The notes under the pieces are model-generated. The model saw only the letters and a list, made by a program, of their open reading frames with translations. It was not told the DNA's origin and ran no database searches. Positions 1-8,416 of a stretch of 25,650 bases of DNA are shown here, piece by piece; position 1 is the stretch's first letter; each line of letters begins with the position of its first letter. The stretch comes from a virus (Duplodnaviria; Caudoviricetes), in IMG/VR virus record IMGVR_UViG_3300033067_000538, positions 1 to 25,650 of that record. One strand, written 5' to 3'. The translations under genes were made by a program, and so were the position numbers.

Positions 1-22
1 GGGCGACCGAAGGAGCCAGACG

Positions 23-118
23 ATGTGGCCGACCATCCCGTGGACCGTTGGAATACCGCTCTTGCTGCTTTTGGTGGCTGGCGTAGCAATCGTGGGCTGG
101 CTCAAAGACCGTCGTTGA
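23..118 (+). CDS. small single-pass membrane peptide (31 aa), not in ORF track
   Basis: AAGGAG at 10-15, ATG at 23, translation MWPTIPWTVGIPLLLLLVAGVAIVGWLKDRR, TGA at 116-118. The frame is open back to the window edge, so it could be the tail of a longer gene. Confidence 0.55.
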   Translation: MWPTIPWTVGIPLLLLLVAGVAIVGWLKDRR

Positions 119-123
119 CGCTC

Positions 124-152
124 TTGACGTTCCGGTGAAGTAGAACTACGTC
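124..152 (+). promoter_or_regulatory. sigma70-type promoter for the antisense RNA/antirepressor unit
   Basis: TTGACG (124-129), 17 bp, TACGTC (147-152). Same architecture as the TTGACA-17-TACATC promoters at 24826 and 25367. Confidence 0.5.
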
Positions 153-204
153 TGTAAGTGTTGCAGGGTCTCAAAAGCCCTTTAGTCAGTGCCCACAAGT
201 CATA

Positions 205-287
205 GTCCGGGGTCCGCACGCGCATGTCCAAGGCGCGAGCCCAAAGTCGTGCGGGGCCGCCACTGGCCGGTCTTTTGAGCCCCGGAC
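205..287 (+). ncRNA. C4-like antisense RNA in the antirepressor leader
   Basis: Closing stem GTCCGGGG (205-212)/CCCCGGAC (280-287), inner stem CCGCACG (214-220)/CGTGCGG (248-254), small GGCC/GGCC stem (255-268). CACTG (261-265) and CTTTTGAG (272-279) are complementary to upstream CAGTG (187-191) and CTCAAAAG (170-177). Lies directly upstream of an antirepressor-like gene. Confidence 0.6.
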
Positions 288-315
288 GATTCTTCCCATC
301 AAAAGGAAAGCCAGT

Positions 316-891
316 ATGAACGACCTCAGACTGCTCACGCCGCGTGAGATCAACAACGAACCGCGCATCCGCGACATCGACCTTGCGGAGCGCCTGGGCT
401 TCGAGCAGGCCCGCTCCATCCGTACGCTCATCGGCCGGAACCGAGCCGAGCTCGACACTTACGGCACGATCCCCTACAGCCGCGACGATGCCGAGGTTTC
501 GCCCCATCACGGGGCGAAACTCAACGCTGGGGAGGTTTTGCATCGAAGTGATGCAAAACCCAACAAGGGCGGAAGGCCGACTGTCAGCTACTGGCTCAAC
601 GAAGGCCAAGCGCTCCTGCTGTGCATGTTCTCCCAGACGGCCCGCGCCGCCCAGGTCCGCAAGCTGGTCATCGACACTTTCATGGACTACCGGGCGGGCA
701 AGATCGTGCACGTCAAAGAGCACATGCGCCGGCCCCCGCTGCCCGGCGCCACGCTGCAATACGATTTCGCCATGCGGCAACGGCTGCCCGGCGAGCCGTT
801 CGTCGTGCAGGCCATCGTGACGCCGGAACTCGCCATGGCGATGTTGACGCTCTGGACTGAGCGCGTGAAGCAACCCGATCTGCTTAGCTGA
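316..891 (+). CDS. phage antirepressor-like DNA-binding protein
   Basis: AAAGGA RBS. Motifs EPRIRDIDLAERLGF, GGRPTVSYWLNEGQALLLCMFS and AAQVRKLVI resemble phage antirepressor N-terminal domains. Confidence 0.7.
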   Translation: MNDLRLLTPREINNEPRIRDIDLAERLGFEQARSIRTLIGRNRAELDTYGTIPYSRDDAEVSPHHGAKLNAGEVLHRSDAKPNKGGRPTVSYWLNEGQALLLCMFSQTARAAQVRKLVIDTFMDYRAGKIVHVKEHMRRPPLPGATLQYDFAMRQRLPGEPFVVQAIVTPELAMAMLTLWTERVKQPDLLS

Positions 892-896
892 CCGGG

Positions 897-2885
897 TCAT
901 TGGCCCACCCCGTTGGCCGCTGCCCCAAAAACAGCGGCCAGCATCGCGGCGCGCTGTTGTGGCGAGAAGAACGGCTGGCGCTGCGGGACCGTCCAGTCGC
1001 CCTGGCCCATGATGATGTCGGCGATGTTCTGGTTTCGCTTGCCGACGGCCCCGTTGGTGATGGCGTCGATGACTTTGCCGGCGGCAGTCGTGGCGCCGTA
1101 GAGCGGCGCGAAGCCACCGGCCTTTACGACATCGGCGACCTGATGGCCGACGTGCCCGTTGAGGTCCTGCTGCGCGGCCGTGACGGCGGCCGTCTTCGAG
1201 CCGTTCACCGCGAGGTTCTCGGTCTCGGCCATGCGGCGTTCGTTCTGGACGATCTGCATGATGCGATCGGCCTTGTCCTGGCCGAAGAGTTGCGCCAGCT
1301 TCTGCGGATTCCAGTCGCTTTCGCCCTGAATGATGTTCGCCAGCGCGACGCGGTCGTTGGTCTTGGTGCCGACAATGCGCTCGATGTCGGCGCGGGCGCC
1401 CTGGCTCAGCCGGAACGTCGCGGCGGACGGGCCGACGAGTGCGCCCTGCGGCTGCACGCCCTCGGCGACGGCCTTGGCATTGTCGACGGGCCACACCGCG
1501 GACTTACCGCCGTCCAGCACCTGGCCGCCTGCGTCGAGCGCGTCGCCCTGCCGGGACAGTTCGCGGTACTTCGCGTCGACTTCCTTGATGCCGGGGGCGG
1601 CAGTCTCGAGTAGCGCGTCGATTTGCTTGCGCACGTCCTTGAGCGCGCCGTTGACCTTGGTGTCGCCGCTCGGCGTAATCATCCCGTCGATGGCGTTGCG
1701 GGTCTCGAACAGGCCGGAGGCCGTCGTGTCGAGCGTGTCGGTGCCGTTGGCGTTCAGCATGTCGCGCACCTGGCGAAGAGCCGCTTGCGCTGGCCCTTTC
1801 TTGGTGGCGATCAGGCCGTCAATGCTGGCGGCCAGCGGCGCCGGATCGACCGGCCCGGCATTCGCCAGCACCGTGTCATATTCCGGGCCGACGGCCTTCT
1901 TGTTGGCGGCGATGTCGGCGGTGATCGACGACGGCGGCGTAGCGGGGCCGAGCGTGTCGTTGACGGCTGCCGGGACGCGGTTCACCGAGTCCTTGGAGCG
2001 AGCCTTCATGGCGTTCGAAATGGTCGCGCCGGGTTCGCCGGGCTGCGAGGCGATGCCGGCGGCCAGCTTCTGCGTGTTGTCGCCGAGATCCGCCACGGTG
2101 CCGGCTGGGCCAAGGTCGGCGACCCGCTGGGGCACCTGGTCGAGCGGAATCTGATCGCGCTGAACGGCGGCCACCAACTTACCCGGAACGGCCTCGCCCG
2201 TGGCCGTGAGTGCCTTGGGGGTCGTCAGGGCGCGCATGGTGCTCATGGCGGTGCTGGGCACGACGCCGCCCAGCAGCTCGCCGGCCACTTCGGCCCCTGC
2301 GTTGCCCGGCGCGACGGTACGCGCGACCTCACCCCCCGCGCCGGACGTTGCCGCAGCGCCAAGGCCGCGAATGAAATCCATCAGCGTTCCGCCGGCACGA
2401 GCGGTAAGCCCGGCCTCGGGCAGAGCCGACGCGCCGATGGCCTCGCCGGACGACCGTGCAAGGCGATCGACGAAATTGGAGCTCGGCGGCGTGACCATGC
2501 CGACGTCGCTCATCTTCTGCGTGATGGCGTCGCCGAAGTTCGGGATGTAATCCGGCCCCTGAACGTGCGCGCCGAACAGGTTTGCAATCGCCGGGCCAAT
2601 CGACAGGGCCAGTTTGGGCAGATCGACGGTGTGCGCCAGCCCGGTATTCACGCCGGAAAGTCCCTGCTGCACGACGCGCGTTGGGGTCGTACCGACCGCG
2701 TTGAGACCCGCGTCGATCCCGGAGGTAAGCGGGTTCGAACGCATGGCCGCGTCAATGAAATCGGGCTGCTGCGGGGCGGCGGGGGCCGGCGCGGCGTCAG
2801 GCGCTGCGGTCTTGTACTTCTGCCACGGCCCAGCCGACGCGGCCGGCGCTGCGGTCTTGTACTTGTCCCAGGGTCCGGCCATCAC
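897..2885 (-). CDS. large internal virion/DNA ejection protein
   Basis: 662 aa, Ala/Gly/Gln-rich and likely helical, N-terminal GPWxKY repeats, last gene of the podoviral virion operon, ATGA overlap with the upstream gene. Confidence 0.7.
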   Translation of the reverse strand: MMAGPWDKYKTAAPAASAGPWQKYKTAAPDAAPAPAAPQQPDFIDAAMRSNPLTSGIDAGLNAVGTTPTRVVQQGLSGVNTGLAHTVDLPKLALSIGPAIANLFGAHVQGPDYIPNFGDAITQKMSDVGMVTPPSSNFVDRLARSSGEAIGASALPEAGLTARAGGTLMDFIRGLGAAATSGAGGEVARTVAPGNAGAEVAGELLGGVVPSTAMSTMRALTTPKALTATGEAVPGKLVAAVQRDQIPLDQVPQRVADLGPAGTVADLGDNTQKLAAGIASQPGEPGATISNAMKARSKDSVNRVPAAVNDTLGPATPPSSITADIAANKKAVGPEYDTVLANAGPVDPAPLAASIDGLIATKKGPAQAALRQVRDMLNANGTDTLDTTASGLFETRNAIDGMITPSGDTKVNGALKDVRKQIDALLETAAPGIKEVDAKYRELSRQGDALDAGGQVLDGGKSAVWPVDNAKAVAEGVQPQGALVGPSAATFRLSQGARADIERIVGTKTNDRVALANIIQGESDWNPQKLAQLFGQDKADRIMQIVQNERRMAETENLAVNGSKTAAVTAAQQDLNGHVGHQVADVVKAGGFAPLYGATTAAGKVIDAITNGAVGKRNQNIADIIMGQGDWTVPQRQPFFSPQQRAAMLAAVFGAAANGVGQ
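2800..2864. repeat. 20-bp exact direct repeat encoding the duplicated KYKTAAP motif
   Basis: ggcgctgcggtcttgtactt at 2800-2819 and 2845-2864 (45-bp period). Confidence 0.9.
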
Positions 2886-4174
2886 TGGCCCCCGGCTGGC
2901 GACCAGCTATTCGGGTCGCTGGGGTCGCCGCCGTTGAAGCGGTAGCCGTCCTCGACGGCGCCCACGGCCGGAGCGCCACCAACGCCGCCCGTTGCGGGCT
3001 GGGTCTCGGCGATCGGCGGGAACAACGGCGCGGCTTCGGCCTTCTGCTTCTCGAACGCGGTCCAGCCGCCGTCGATCTGGCCGTTGTGGGCGTCCTTGTA
3101 CTCTGCGGCCCACTGCGCCACTTCCATCTTGCGCTTGGCGAGCTTGGACGCGATATCGAGCAGCAGCTTGTTGCCCGCCGGGGTGTTGCCGAGGTTCGGC
3201 TTCGAGCCCTGCAGGAACTTCACGTCGCCGTTCGAAATCTGGTTGCCCAGCGAGCCGCCGGCCGCGTCGATGATGAGCTGATTGGACAGGCCGTTGAACG
3301 CTTCCATCGGCGAGGCGGCGTCCGGCACGGTCAGCCCGAGCATCGAGCCGATCTGCTTGGCCGCCTGAATCTGGTCGGACGCCGGGCCGGAGTAGAAGTT
3401 CGGTTCGGCCATCAGCGTGCGCATCGCGTCGACGGTGTTCATCGTGCCCTGCGCGCCCGCGGCGTCCTTCTGGATCGCCATGTCGGTTTCGGCGTAGCTC
3501 TTATCCGTCGTCTGCTGGTAGGCGCTCTGCGTCGCGCTCGGCGCGTAGGCCGGCTGCTTGCCGACGGACTGGAAGTTGTAGTCCACGACCGGCTTGCCAT
3601 CGGGGCCGATGACGTTGGCCGTCTTGGCGTCCGACATCGCAATGGCCGTAAGCTGATCGGGCGTCATGTTCGGAATCTGGTTCGTCAGAATGCCGCCCTT
3701 GACCTGCGTCTCGCTCAGCGGCGAGCGAAGGCCCGTGACCTGCGGCAGGTCGTGATTGACGCCGAACATGCTGGCCACGTCGGCGGGCACGGCCGGACGC
3801 ATCGCGTCCTGCGAGACCGGGCCGAACATGTCGCCGACGAACTTGGTCTGGTTGTCGAGGCGGTTCTTCGACAGGTCCGTCGCGTTGTTCTGGTCCTGGG
3901 CGTAGAAGCTCTGCGTTGGGGCGTAGTTGCCCGCCACGATGTTGCCCCGGTCGAAGATCGACTGGTTGAAGCCGTCCGGGCGCTGTGCCATGTCGAACAG
4001 CGTCGCGATCTCGTCGAGCTTCTGCTTCTTGAGCGCCGCTGCGGCGCTGCTATCCCTGGCGGACGCATAGCCGGCCAAGTCCGACCCGCTGGGCGGGGCA
4101 AACATGGAGGCGATGTTGGAGAACGCCTGCCCGATATTCGGGTCCGAAAAGGTGCGGTTTCCCACGATAGGCAT
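2882..4174 (-). CDS. internal virion/ejection protein
   Basis: 430 aa, C-terminal GAVEDGYRFNGGDPSDPNSW motif, position among ejection genes. Confidence 0.65.
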   Translation of the reverse strand: MPIVGNRTFSDPNIGQAFSNIASMFAPPSGSDLAGYASARDSSAAAALKKQKLDEIATLFDMAQRPDGFNQSIFDRGNIVAGNYAPTQSFYAQDQNNATDLSKNRLDNQTKFVGDMFGPVSQDAMRPAVPADVASMFGVNHDLPQVTGLRSPLSETQVKGGILTNQIPNMTPDQLTAIAMSDAKTANVIGPDGKPVVDYNFQSVGKQPAYAPSATQSAYQQTTDKSYAETDMAIQKDAAGAQGTMNTVDAMRTLMAEPNFYSGPASDQIQAAKQIGSMLGLTVPDAASPMEAFNGLSNQLIIDAAGGSLGNQISNGDVKFLQGSKPNLGNTPAGNKLLLDIASKLAKRKMEVAQWAAEYKDAHNGQIDGGWTAFEKQKAEAAPLFPPIAETQPATGGVGGAPAVGAVEDGYRFNGGDPSDPNSWSPAGGQ

Positions 4175-4884
4175 CAGGTCACCCCCAAGGCAGCACCACC
4201 GCCGACGCTGGACAGCCGGAACGGCGTGACGCCACGCGCGGCAGCCACGCCGACTGTCGCGGCTTTCGGCGCGAACAGGTCGGTCAGGAAATTATTGCCG
4301 TTGATACCGGCGCTCGTGCCGACGCTGCCCAGCCCGCCGAGAATGTCGCCGAGCAGATGCCAGCCGTCTCCGGCGTGCTGCGAGTTGTCGAGCTCAAGCG
4401 GCACGAGGCCATTGCTGGCCTGCTTGAAGCCGCCGATCTGGCCGATCTGCGCGGCGTCGCGGCCCTGCTTCGCCGAGATTTCGCCCAGCAGATCCCCGAA
4501 GGAGCGCATCTTGGCGAGCGCCCCGGCCTGCTGGTCGACATAGGTCTGCGCCGCGCCTTCCTGGCGCGCTGTATCTTGATTGACGACGGCAGAAGTGGAC
4601 GACGGGAGCACAGAAGCCGCGCTCGAGTTCGGGTCATTGACGCGCGTCGCCAGCACGTCGCCCAGCCGGGCCGCCGTGGCGTCCTGCTGCGGGACGAAAT
4701 TGACGTAGCGGTCGCGGCTCTGGTTGTTGAGCGCGGCGGTCTCGGCGTTGTAGCCGGTCTGCCGGATACGCTCGGCGGCCAGAACATCGTTCCGGGCGGA
4801 CGCCTGCGAGTTGCTGGCAATCGTGTTGGCGACCGCCGAACCGACGGCGAGAGCAGCGGATGCAATCAGGATTGGTGTGCACAT
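4174..4884 (-). CDS. internal virion protein (positional equivalent of T7 gp14/P22 gp7)
   Basis: Begins MCTP followed by a hydrophobic Ala-rich stretch, Gln/Ala-rich helical middle, Gly-rich hydrophobic C-terminal part, TGATG coupling. Confidence 0.65.
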   Translation of the reverse strand: MCTPILIASAALAVGSAVANTIASNSQASARNDVLAAERIRQTGYNAETAALNNQSRDRYVNFVPQQDATAARLGDVLATRVNDPNSSAASVLPSSTSAVVNQDTARQEGAAQTYVDQQAGALAKMRSFGDLLGEISAKQGRDAAQIGQIGGFKQASNGLVPLELDNSQHAGDGWHLLGDILGGLGSVGTSAGINGNNFLTDLFAPKAATVGVAAARGVTPFRLSSVGGGAALGVT

Positions 4885-5513
4885 CAGCCGTTCACCACGG
4901 CGCCGGAACGCGGCGCAAAGAGACCAGTGTTGATAGCCGGAGCGCCCGTCATCCCGCCGCTCAGCGAGAAGGCCCGCTCGGCAGCGGCTTGCTGACCGAG
5001 GCCGGACGTGAAGTCGGCAAAGAGTTGGCTGATCGGGCTGTAGGGCGGAACGGCGCTCAGGATCTGGGCACGGGCGTTCGCGGAGTTGACCGCGCCCGTC
5101 GTGTCGCCCGTAGCGTTCAGCGTGTTGATGAGGTCACTACGTGCGCCCTCGACGTTGGCCCTTGCTGTGTTGGCGTAGGACTGGCCCTGGTCCTTCACGC
5201 TCTGCTCCTGCAGAGCGCGGCGCTTCTCAAGCTCGGTCGCCAGCGACGAACGGCTCGACGAGTCGAGCGCACCGCGGCGGGCCAGCGAAAAGGTCAATTG
5301 CTTGGCGGCGTTCTTGTACTGGTCGCCGATCTGCGGGAGCGCATAGTCCTCGTAGGACTTCGCCCGATTGTTGTAGAATTGGTCGTTGAACTGACTATCG
5401 AAGAGGTTGCCGATCTGCGTCGTGCCGGAGCGAATAGCCTCCTGCCGGGCCTTCTCTTCGGCGCGCGCCGCAGCGACTTCGTTCCCGCTGCCGCCCTTAC
5501 CGCCACCGCTCAT
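4884..5513 (-). CDS. putative internal virion protein
   Basis: 209 aa, MSGGGKGGSG N-terminus, helical composition, coupled at both ends. Confidence 0.6.
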   Translation of the reverse strand: MSGGGKGGSGNEVAAARAEEKARQEAIRSGTTQIGNLFDSQFNDQFYNNRAKSYEDYALPQIGDQYKNAAKQLTFSLARRGALDSSSRSSLATELEKRRALQEQSVKDQGQSYANTARANVEGARSDLINTLNATGDTTGAVNSANARAQILSAVPPYSPISQLFADFTSGLGQQAAAERAFSLSGGMTGAPAINTGLFAPRSGAVVNG

Positions 5514-5962
5514 TGGGACCTAACCCGCTTCATGCTGTAGCCGACGATCTCGAAGCCGAAGCGGCCTAGAAACTTGGCGGTCTGCTCAGAATGAAACTTG
5601 TTGGAGTTGCCACCGATGTTCTCCCGCGCACCGAGCTGATCGCTCCAACGGGTGAACTCTCTCATCAAAAGCGCGGCGGCCCGAGTTCCGCGTTTTACCG
5701 GCGACACGAATAATACCTCCTGGACCGTGAAAAGGCCAGAGGTAAAGGCGTAGGTGTGCATCAGCGCCATCAGGTGGCCGATGACCTGGCCGTTGTCGAC
5801 CGCCACGAAGATGGTCGGGTCAGCCGTGTCGAGATACCGGCGGAACGTGCGCCGGGTGATGGCCTCGTCGAAATCCAGATGTGGCAGCGTCTCGGCGACC
5901 TGGCGACGCGCCAGATCGATCACGGCGTCCTCGTCGGAGGGTAGGGCGAGACGAACGAACAT
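5510..5962 (-). CDS. GNAT-family N-acetyltransferase
   Basis: VRLALPSD start, IFVAVDNGQVIG, motif A-like LFVSPVKRGTRAAALL, KFLGRFGFE. Confidence 0.85.
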   Translation of the reverse strand: MFVRLALPSDEDAVIDLARRQVAETLPHLDFDEAITRRTFRRYLDTADPTIFVAVDNGQVIGHLMALMHTYAFTSGLFTVQEVLFVSPVKRGTRAAALLMREFTRWSDQLGARENIGGNSNKFHSEQTAKFLGRFGFEIVGYSMKRVRSQ

Positions 5963-6198
5963 CAGGCCGGCAGGAGACCGCTGTCGAGCACGGCCAGCTT
6001 ATAACGCAGCAGGTGCGGCGCAGCGTCGCCCTCGACTTTCCGCTCGACGTTAGTCAATGCAAAACTGAGCATCGAGCCATTACGCCGTCCCCGCACGATC
6101 AGCGCCTCGCCGGACTTCTCTGCCTCGTAGGAAATGCCGTTACCGACCCGGTCAGCGAATAGTTGCTTGGCGTCGGCCTCTGCTTCATCGACTGTCAT
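5962..6198 (-). CDS. hypothetical protein (78 aa, MTVDEAEADAK...)
   Basis: ATG at 6198 overlaps the upstream TGA (ATGA), and its stop overlaps the next ATG. Start trimmed from the track ORF 5962..6327. Confidence 0.65.
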   Translation of the reverse strand: MTVDEAEADAKQLFADRVGNGISYEAEKSGEALIVRGRRNGSMLSFALTNVERKVEGDAAPHLLRYKLAVLDSGLLPA

Positions 6199-6668
6199 TG
6201 CTTCACCCATGCGAATTGCACGTAATCTTCGCCGCCCCGGCCAAAGCCGTGCAGCACCGCCTCGCTCTTTAGGCCCAGCACGCCCAACCAGCGATGCACT
6301 TCCTCGTAGCCGTCGAGCGATTGGCACTCGATGCGATGCACGCCGCGCTCGCGGTATCGCGGGAACAGGCGCTGCACGACGAACCGCGTGAAATCCGCCG
6401 CGACTGCGCCCTTGAAATCGTCGGTCGCGAAGAACAACAGCGTTGCCACGTTTGGCCGGTGCAGCAACATGCCGCCGACCGCCACCGGGCCGGGGTCGTC
6501 GAATACCGTGAAGCAGTCCGGGTGCTCGCCAAAGCGCTCGACCAGCGACGACACCAGATCGGCGTGCCGCTCGAAATGCGTCATCGGCATGAACTCGTCG
6601 CGGTCGCGCTGGCGCATGGCCTCGGCGACCAGACAGACGTCGCGGGAGTTGGCGGGCTCGACGATCAG
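6195..6668 (-). CDS. GNAT-fold virion-operon protein (T7 gp13/DUF2833-like)
   Basis: VAEAMRQRDRDEF, GPVAVGG, VHRIECQS, HRWLGVLGLKSE. Sits right after the nozzle gene like T7 gp13. Start uncertain: CTG at 6668 follows GGAGAGG, otherwise a downstream ATG. Confidence 0.7.
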   Translation of the reverse strand: MIVEPANSRDVCLVAEAMRQRDRDEFMPMTHFERHADLVSSLVERFGEHPDCFTVFDDPGPVAVGGMLLHRPNVATLLFFATDDFKGAVAADFTRFVVQRLFPRYRERGVHRIECQSLDGYEEVHRWLGVLGLKSEAVLHGFGRGGEDYVQFAWVKQ

Positions 6669-8416
6669 TCGTCCTCTCCGTCCGCGTAATGGCCCACCCA
6701 CGCGCTCAGCACATGCGGGCCGACGCCCGAGCTCTCGAACTGCGGCGAGACGTGCGTGCAGGTATGGTTGAAGGGAATGCGCTGCTTGTTGAACGTCGTT
6801 TCGGTCAGCGTCGTGACTCGGCTGCGCACACTGGTCGCCGTGGGCTGCATCGCCGCGTAGACGACCCACTGCCCGGACACTGCGGCGTCCATGCCCTGCC
6901 ATTCCTTGGCCTCGGTAGGCTTGCCCGCGTCGAAGTACGGCAGCCACGCCTTGGCGGTCACATTGTCGTAGGTCAGCCCGGCGCCGCTATCGAGCCCGCC
7001 GTACACGTAAATCTCGTCGCCGGAGCGGATATACGCCCGCTCGCCGAACACCGTCGCGGCGTCGATCGGGGCCTGATTACCGTCGCTGTCACGGAAAATG
7101 TAGCGCGTCCAGGCGCTGATCTTCGGGCTCGGGAAGTAGCTGAACACGTAGATTTCGCCGTCCGGGAAGCACAGCCAGAAGCGGTCGTCCACGGGGTTGA
7201 TGAGGCCGATGATTCCGGCGCGCTCGGTCGCCGACATGGACTGCAGCTTGGTCTTGAGATCGGAGTCGATCGGGCTGCCAAGGTCGGTCGTCGTGGCGTT
7301 GTTCGAGCTGTCGCGGGCGCGCATCGATCGCAACCCGGAGAGTGCCGCATAGAACACATCGGCGTCGCCGAACTGCGTCACGCTGCGGGGCGACGCCGTG
7401 CCGGTGTTGGTCAACACCTGACGCTTGGCGATGAGGTCCGGGTCGGGGTCGACGACCCAGATCAGGATGGCCTTCTTGCAGACCACGGCGACGAAGCCCT
7501 GATACAGCACCACGGCCTGTGCGTCGCCGGCCTTGGAGGCTTCCTTGGCCTGGTCGAAGAACGATGCTCCGGTGGTGTCCAGCGTCCAGTGCGTCGGCGC
7601 GTCGATGCCGCTGCGATACCAGCCGGTGCCGGAAAGCGCGTGCATCTGGCGGTCGATGGTCTTGACGAACGTGCCGGGCGTAAATGCCGTGGAGTCGGCC
7701 CCGCCGGAGAGCGACAGACCGAGTTCGGGCGTGACCGCCATGTCGCCGCTGAGCGTGAAGAACACCGAGCGGCCATTCGCCGCCGAGCCCGCCAGCGTCG
7801 CAATGATGTTCACCGTGTCGTCAACGGCGGTCGCGTCGTAATCCGGGCTGGACGTGTGCGAGTTGATTTCAGCCGCGATGTCCGCGGCGGTCGTCGCCAG
7901 ATCGGTATTGAACGGGACGGCCGAGCCGATGATCGCCACACCGTTGACGGTGAGACCGTCGAGTTGGGCCGAGCCCAGGGACGTGCCGGCCGTGACGCGG
8001 AACGACGTGCGAGCACGGCCATCGAACCAGTCCGTGACCTCGGTGCCGTCGAAGAAGTGGACGATCGTGCCGTCGTTGTAAACGGCCGCCGCATAGATGT
8101 CGTCGCCGAACAGGTCCCACGACGGAACGGAGGTCAGGGTTTTGGCGGCCTTCTGCAGACGCTGATAGGTGACGCCGGACGGCACGCCGGGGTCGGCGGA
8201 TGAGCCAAAGACGATGAGCCCCGTGGAGTCCGCGGCGAGATCGATGGTGCTGGCGGGCAGGGTGTAGGCCAGCACGAAGGCGGCCCGGCTCTCGAACTCG
8301 CCGCCCGAGTTGATGTGGCCGTCGTCGCCCTTGACCAGCACGCCGCCGGGCGTCGTCTCGGGCAGCCGGCGCGTGTCGAGGCCGCCGGTCAGTTCTTTGA
8401 CCCAGACCTTACCCAT
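6665..8416 (-). CDS. tail nozzle/head-closure protein (P22 gp10/T7 gp12-like)
   Basis: 583 aa, beta-rich, N-terminal LTGGLDTR, C-terminal YVFSY...ISAWTRY, follows the adaptor gene. Confidence 0.75.
   Translation of the reverse strand: MGKVWVKELTGGLDTRRLPETTPGGVLVKGDDGHINSGGEFESRAAFVLAYTLPASTIDLAADSTGLIVFGSSADPGVPSGVTYQRLQKAAKTLTSVPSWDLFGDDIYAAAVYNDGTIVHFFDGTEVTDWFDGRARTSFRVTAGTSLGSAQLDGLTVNGVAIIGSAVPFNTDLATTAADIAAEINSHTSSPDYDATAVDDTVNIIATLAGSAANGRSVFFTLSGDMAVTPELGLSLSGGADSTAFTPGTFVKTIDRQMHALSGTGWYRSGIDAPTHWTLDTTGASFFDQAKEASKAGDAQAVVLYQGFVAVVCKKAILIWVVDPDPDLIAKRQVLTNTGTASPRSVTQFGDADVFYAALSGLRSMRARDSSNNATTTDLGSPIDSDLKTKLQSMSATERAGIIGLINPVDDRFWLCFPDGEIYVFSYFPSPKISAWTRYIFRDSDGNQAPIDAATVFGERAYIRSGDEIYVYGGLDSGAGLTYDNVTAKAWLPYFDAGKPTEAKEWQGMDAAVSGQWVVYAAMQPTATSVRSRVTTLTETTFNKQRIPFNHTCTHVSPQFESSGVGPHVLSAWVGHYADGEDD

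Noticed and set aside
205-287. tRNA gene
   Set aside because: Multibranch fold, but no T-loop or D-loop consensus and no CCA end.
885-900. Terminator between the convergent antirepressor-like and ejection genes
   Set aside because: Only 5 bp separate the stops and no hairpin with a U tract is visible.
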